A program made the translations under genes and the position numbers. Shown here piece by piece: positions 61,569 to 64,000 of a DNA stretch of 64,000 nt. Source of the stretch: Sminthopsis crassicaudata (Eukaryota); the NCBI RefSeq assembly GCF_048593235.1, contig NC_133618.1:35808478-35872477 (forward strand), given 5' to 3'. Under the pieces are notes generated by a model, which was not told where the DNA came from, made no database searches, and saw nothing but the letters and a program-made list of their open reading frames with translations. Position 1 is the stretch's first letter; every line of letters begins with the position of its first letter.

Positions 61569-63121
61569 CTTTTATGTGTAATTATCATCATTAGCAGTTT
61601 TTTTTCCCCTCATTTTCTCAAGTCTGGTCAATCAACAAAACATTAAATCAAGCACTGATTTTGAGTATTTGCTGATATTTTTGATTGAAATATTCACAAG
61701 GAAAATTTAACAACCACTTTATGAGGCCCAGGTTAAAGTGGTTTCAGCACAGGCCTGAATTTAACCAAGCTCTATATCCCTTTTGGTGTTAGATGAGATT
61801 GCCCAGCCTGCTTTTGTCCTAGATTTGCCCTCCCTCCTAACCCTCTTCCTCAATCATGCTATTGTTGGTGCCCTGGGAATTATTCTGCACATCTATTTCA
61901 CAAGAATGGGATGGCCATTGGATCATACCTTTCCAGGAGTTTTACAGAGGGGCATTTACAATCTCAAATTACTGCAATTTATATACTAATTGTTGTTTTA
62001 GGGAAAGGACAACAGAACAATTCTAGGAAACTTGAGAAGTCCCTCTAGAGTAAATCAAGGTATAAACAGCTACTCATTGATTTCAGTTCAAAATTATAAA
62101 TCATGGAAAATGGCGATCAGAATGAGCAGGAAGAAGGAATGAAATATATCAAGGCTATAGACCACTTAGAATCCTCATATCTCTAGAATTTTCCTATTGT
62201 CTTTGAGATATGGTAAGCCCTAAATAAAGTCCTCCTAATAAGATATTGATCATATTTTCCTGGATAGGAAATTATGTATAACTTATTTAAGAATCATTTC
62301 TCTATCAGTTTCCTGTTGTCACATTGCTGATTTGTCTGAGCAAAGAGGAAAGGTAAGATATAATTTAAAACATTCCATCTTGACATATTTAAACAAGTTA
62401 ATGATACTAAAAATTAGTGGCAGAAATATCAAAGACTTTAGATACAATGATTTCTACACTGATAATGTTCTACTATATAGTCTACTGCAATGTATACATT
62501 AATTACTATATTGCTGTATGTGTACAACATTGTATATAACAGTGCACAACTACTTCAATGACAAAGTTCAACCAATGGAATTCTATTATCATATAAAGAT
62601 GACCCAAAGAGTCAAAATAGTTTCTAAAAACTGGGGAAATGTGCACCTGATTTGCCAAGAGGAAAAAGTTAGAACTGAAGGGCATTACCAGTATTGAATA
62701 TAATTTCATTTGCAGAATTTTCTAAGAAGAATTATAAGTGGAATCACCTCACTGACCTATACTGATCACATGATCAGTGTATATACACACTCACACACAC
62801 ATATATATTTAGAGAGAGACAGAGAAAGAGACACAAAGAGAAAGAAACTTAAAAAGAAAGAGGAAAGAAGAGAGAGATCTATTGAAAGGCTATGCTACTG
62901 GTTCAAATCCACTTCCTCTAATTTCAAATCCCCCACTCCCCCCTTGTGTCCATCAGTGAATGTTGAATGCCTTGAACAGGAAATTATAGGTAGACCAGCT
63001 TGACAAGAATTTAGAATTCATAAAACATATTATTGTACAATAATTCTTGATTAACAGGTTAGAACCAAGTTGTGAATAACCATATGAATGCATTGTCTTG
63101 GTGGGAAGTGGGAGATGGGTA

Positions 63122-63680
63122 TGATTATGATTCTTACAAGGTACTAAGATGGTGAAATTGATAGAGACAATAATTATCTAATTTAGCATGGTTCAGTATG
63201 ATTGATCTGTTCCTACAAGGAGATGTTATGGGCCAAAACTTGAAACCAGGTACTAAGTGGAATTGAGGAGACAATGGTTAAATCTAATTTAGCATTGATT
63301 TAATCCTACAACAAATAATGGTTTCCTAGTGATGTAATGATTGGAGTATACTCAGTGCACAGAATATAAGCAAGAAACTCTCAGTGCCAAAAGGGACTCT
63401 GGGAGATTGAGAAGCCAGGATTCAGTTGGGCAGAACTTTGGAAGACAGAGGAGTGGTGGCAGGCTGTCTTGTGGAGAACACTGAAACCAAGATCCAGAAG
63501 CCTTCCAGAAAAGCTAGCCAAGCCCCAAGTGAAGGAAAGAGAAAATAAAGGATCTGGACTTTAACTCCTGGCTGAATTTGAGGTGATTATTACTGTGAAC
63601 TGAAATGAAGGCTACCTCCAGAAGCTGCCCAAGAAACCTGCTCCCAAAGAACAATATATTTTAGAGAAGAGAATATTACA
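63122..63680 (+). mobile_element. Solo LTR (~560 bp), ends ATATTACA, flanked by GGTA(TG)
   Basis: Start tgattatgattcttacaaggtactaag resembles the LTR at 26403; AATAAA at ~63545; absent from the paralog at ~13320; a 17-bp tandem duplication spans the 3' junction. Confidence 0.8.
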
Positions 63681-64000
63681 GGTATGGAAATATTACAGGT
63701 ATGGAAGGAAGGGAAAGGAAAGGAGAATATTTACTTTTTAAAAAACAGATTCTATCATATTATGTTCTTGGATGGTTGTATGTTACACTGATGTGATTAT
63801 ATTGCCAAGTGAAGTGGGGAATGGCCTAGCACATTAGATTGATCCCATGAAATGAACTTATGTGAGGACATGATGAGAAGGATCAATTGATTCATAAACC
63901 CATTAACATGTAGTAAGCACCTAATATGTGGCAGCCATTGTTCTATGTACTAGAGACTGAAAATTACAAAAACAAATTCTGTTCTCAAGGATCTTGCAGT

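Noticed and set aside
1-64000. J-kappa, C-kappa, kappa-deleting element, 23-RSS, RNA genes, CRISPR arrays
   Set aside because: None seen. The SINE heads are tRNA-derived but are not tRNA genes.

Overview
Mammalian immunoglobulin kappa variable-region cluster (IGKV), probably from a dasyurid marsupial such as the Tasmanian devil. The taxon is inferred from the repeat content (OC1-like hAT, marsupial-type L1, RTE and CORE-SINEs), not proven. Eight V segments lie on the minus strand, named V1-V8 here by coordinate. Each has a leader exon, an intron, a 298-nt V exon (282 nt in V2) and a 3' recombination signal sequence (RSS); the spacer is 12 bp, diagnostic of kappa, except 14 bp in V3. V1 and V4-V8 have open frames; V2 and V3 are pseudogenes. 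There are two families: family I (V1, V2, V3, V5, V7, V8; TTTTGCAT octamer variant plus TATAAAAA) and family II (V4, V6; canonical TGATTTGCAT). The genes sit in duplicated cassettes, including an ~8-kb segmental duplication (~23.5-38.4 kb vs ~44.6-52.65 kb). One copy later gained a full-length, nearly intact 6.4-kb L1 and a nested LTR. The most notable signal is pervasive mosaicism among germline V genes: FR1-CDR1, FR2-CDR2, FR3, RSS-flank and promoter modules each group the genes differently, which points to germline gene conversion or unequal crossover. Other highlights are a chimeric V6, a cassette with its V deleted, E-boxes at fixed distance from the RSSs, and an OC1-like MITE. I found no evidence of a new protein-coding system; most short ORFs in the track are repeat-derived or chance. 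Identity counts were made by hand; repeat family names come from recognition, not a database search.
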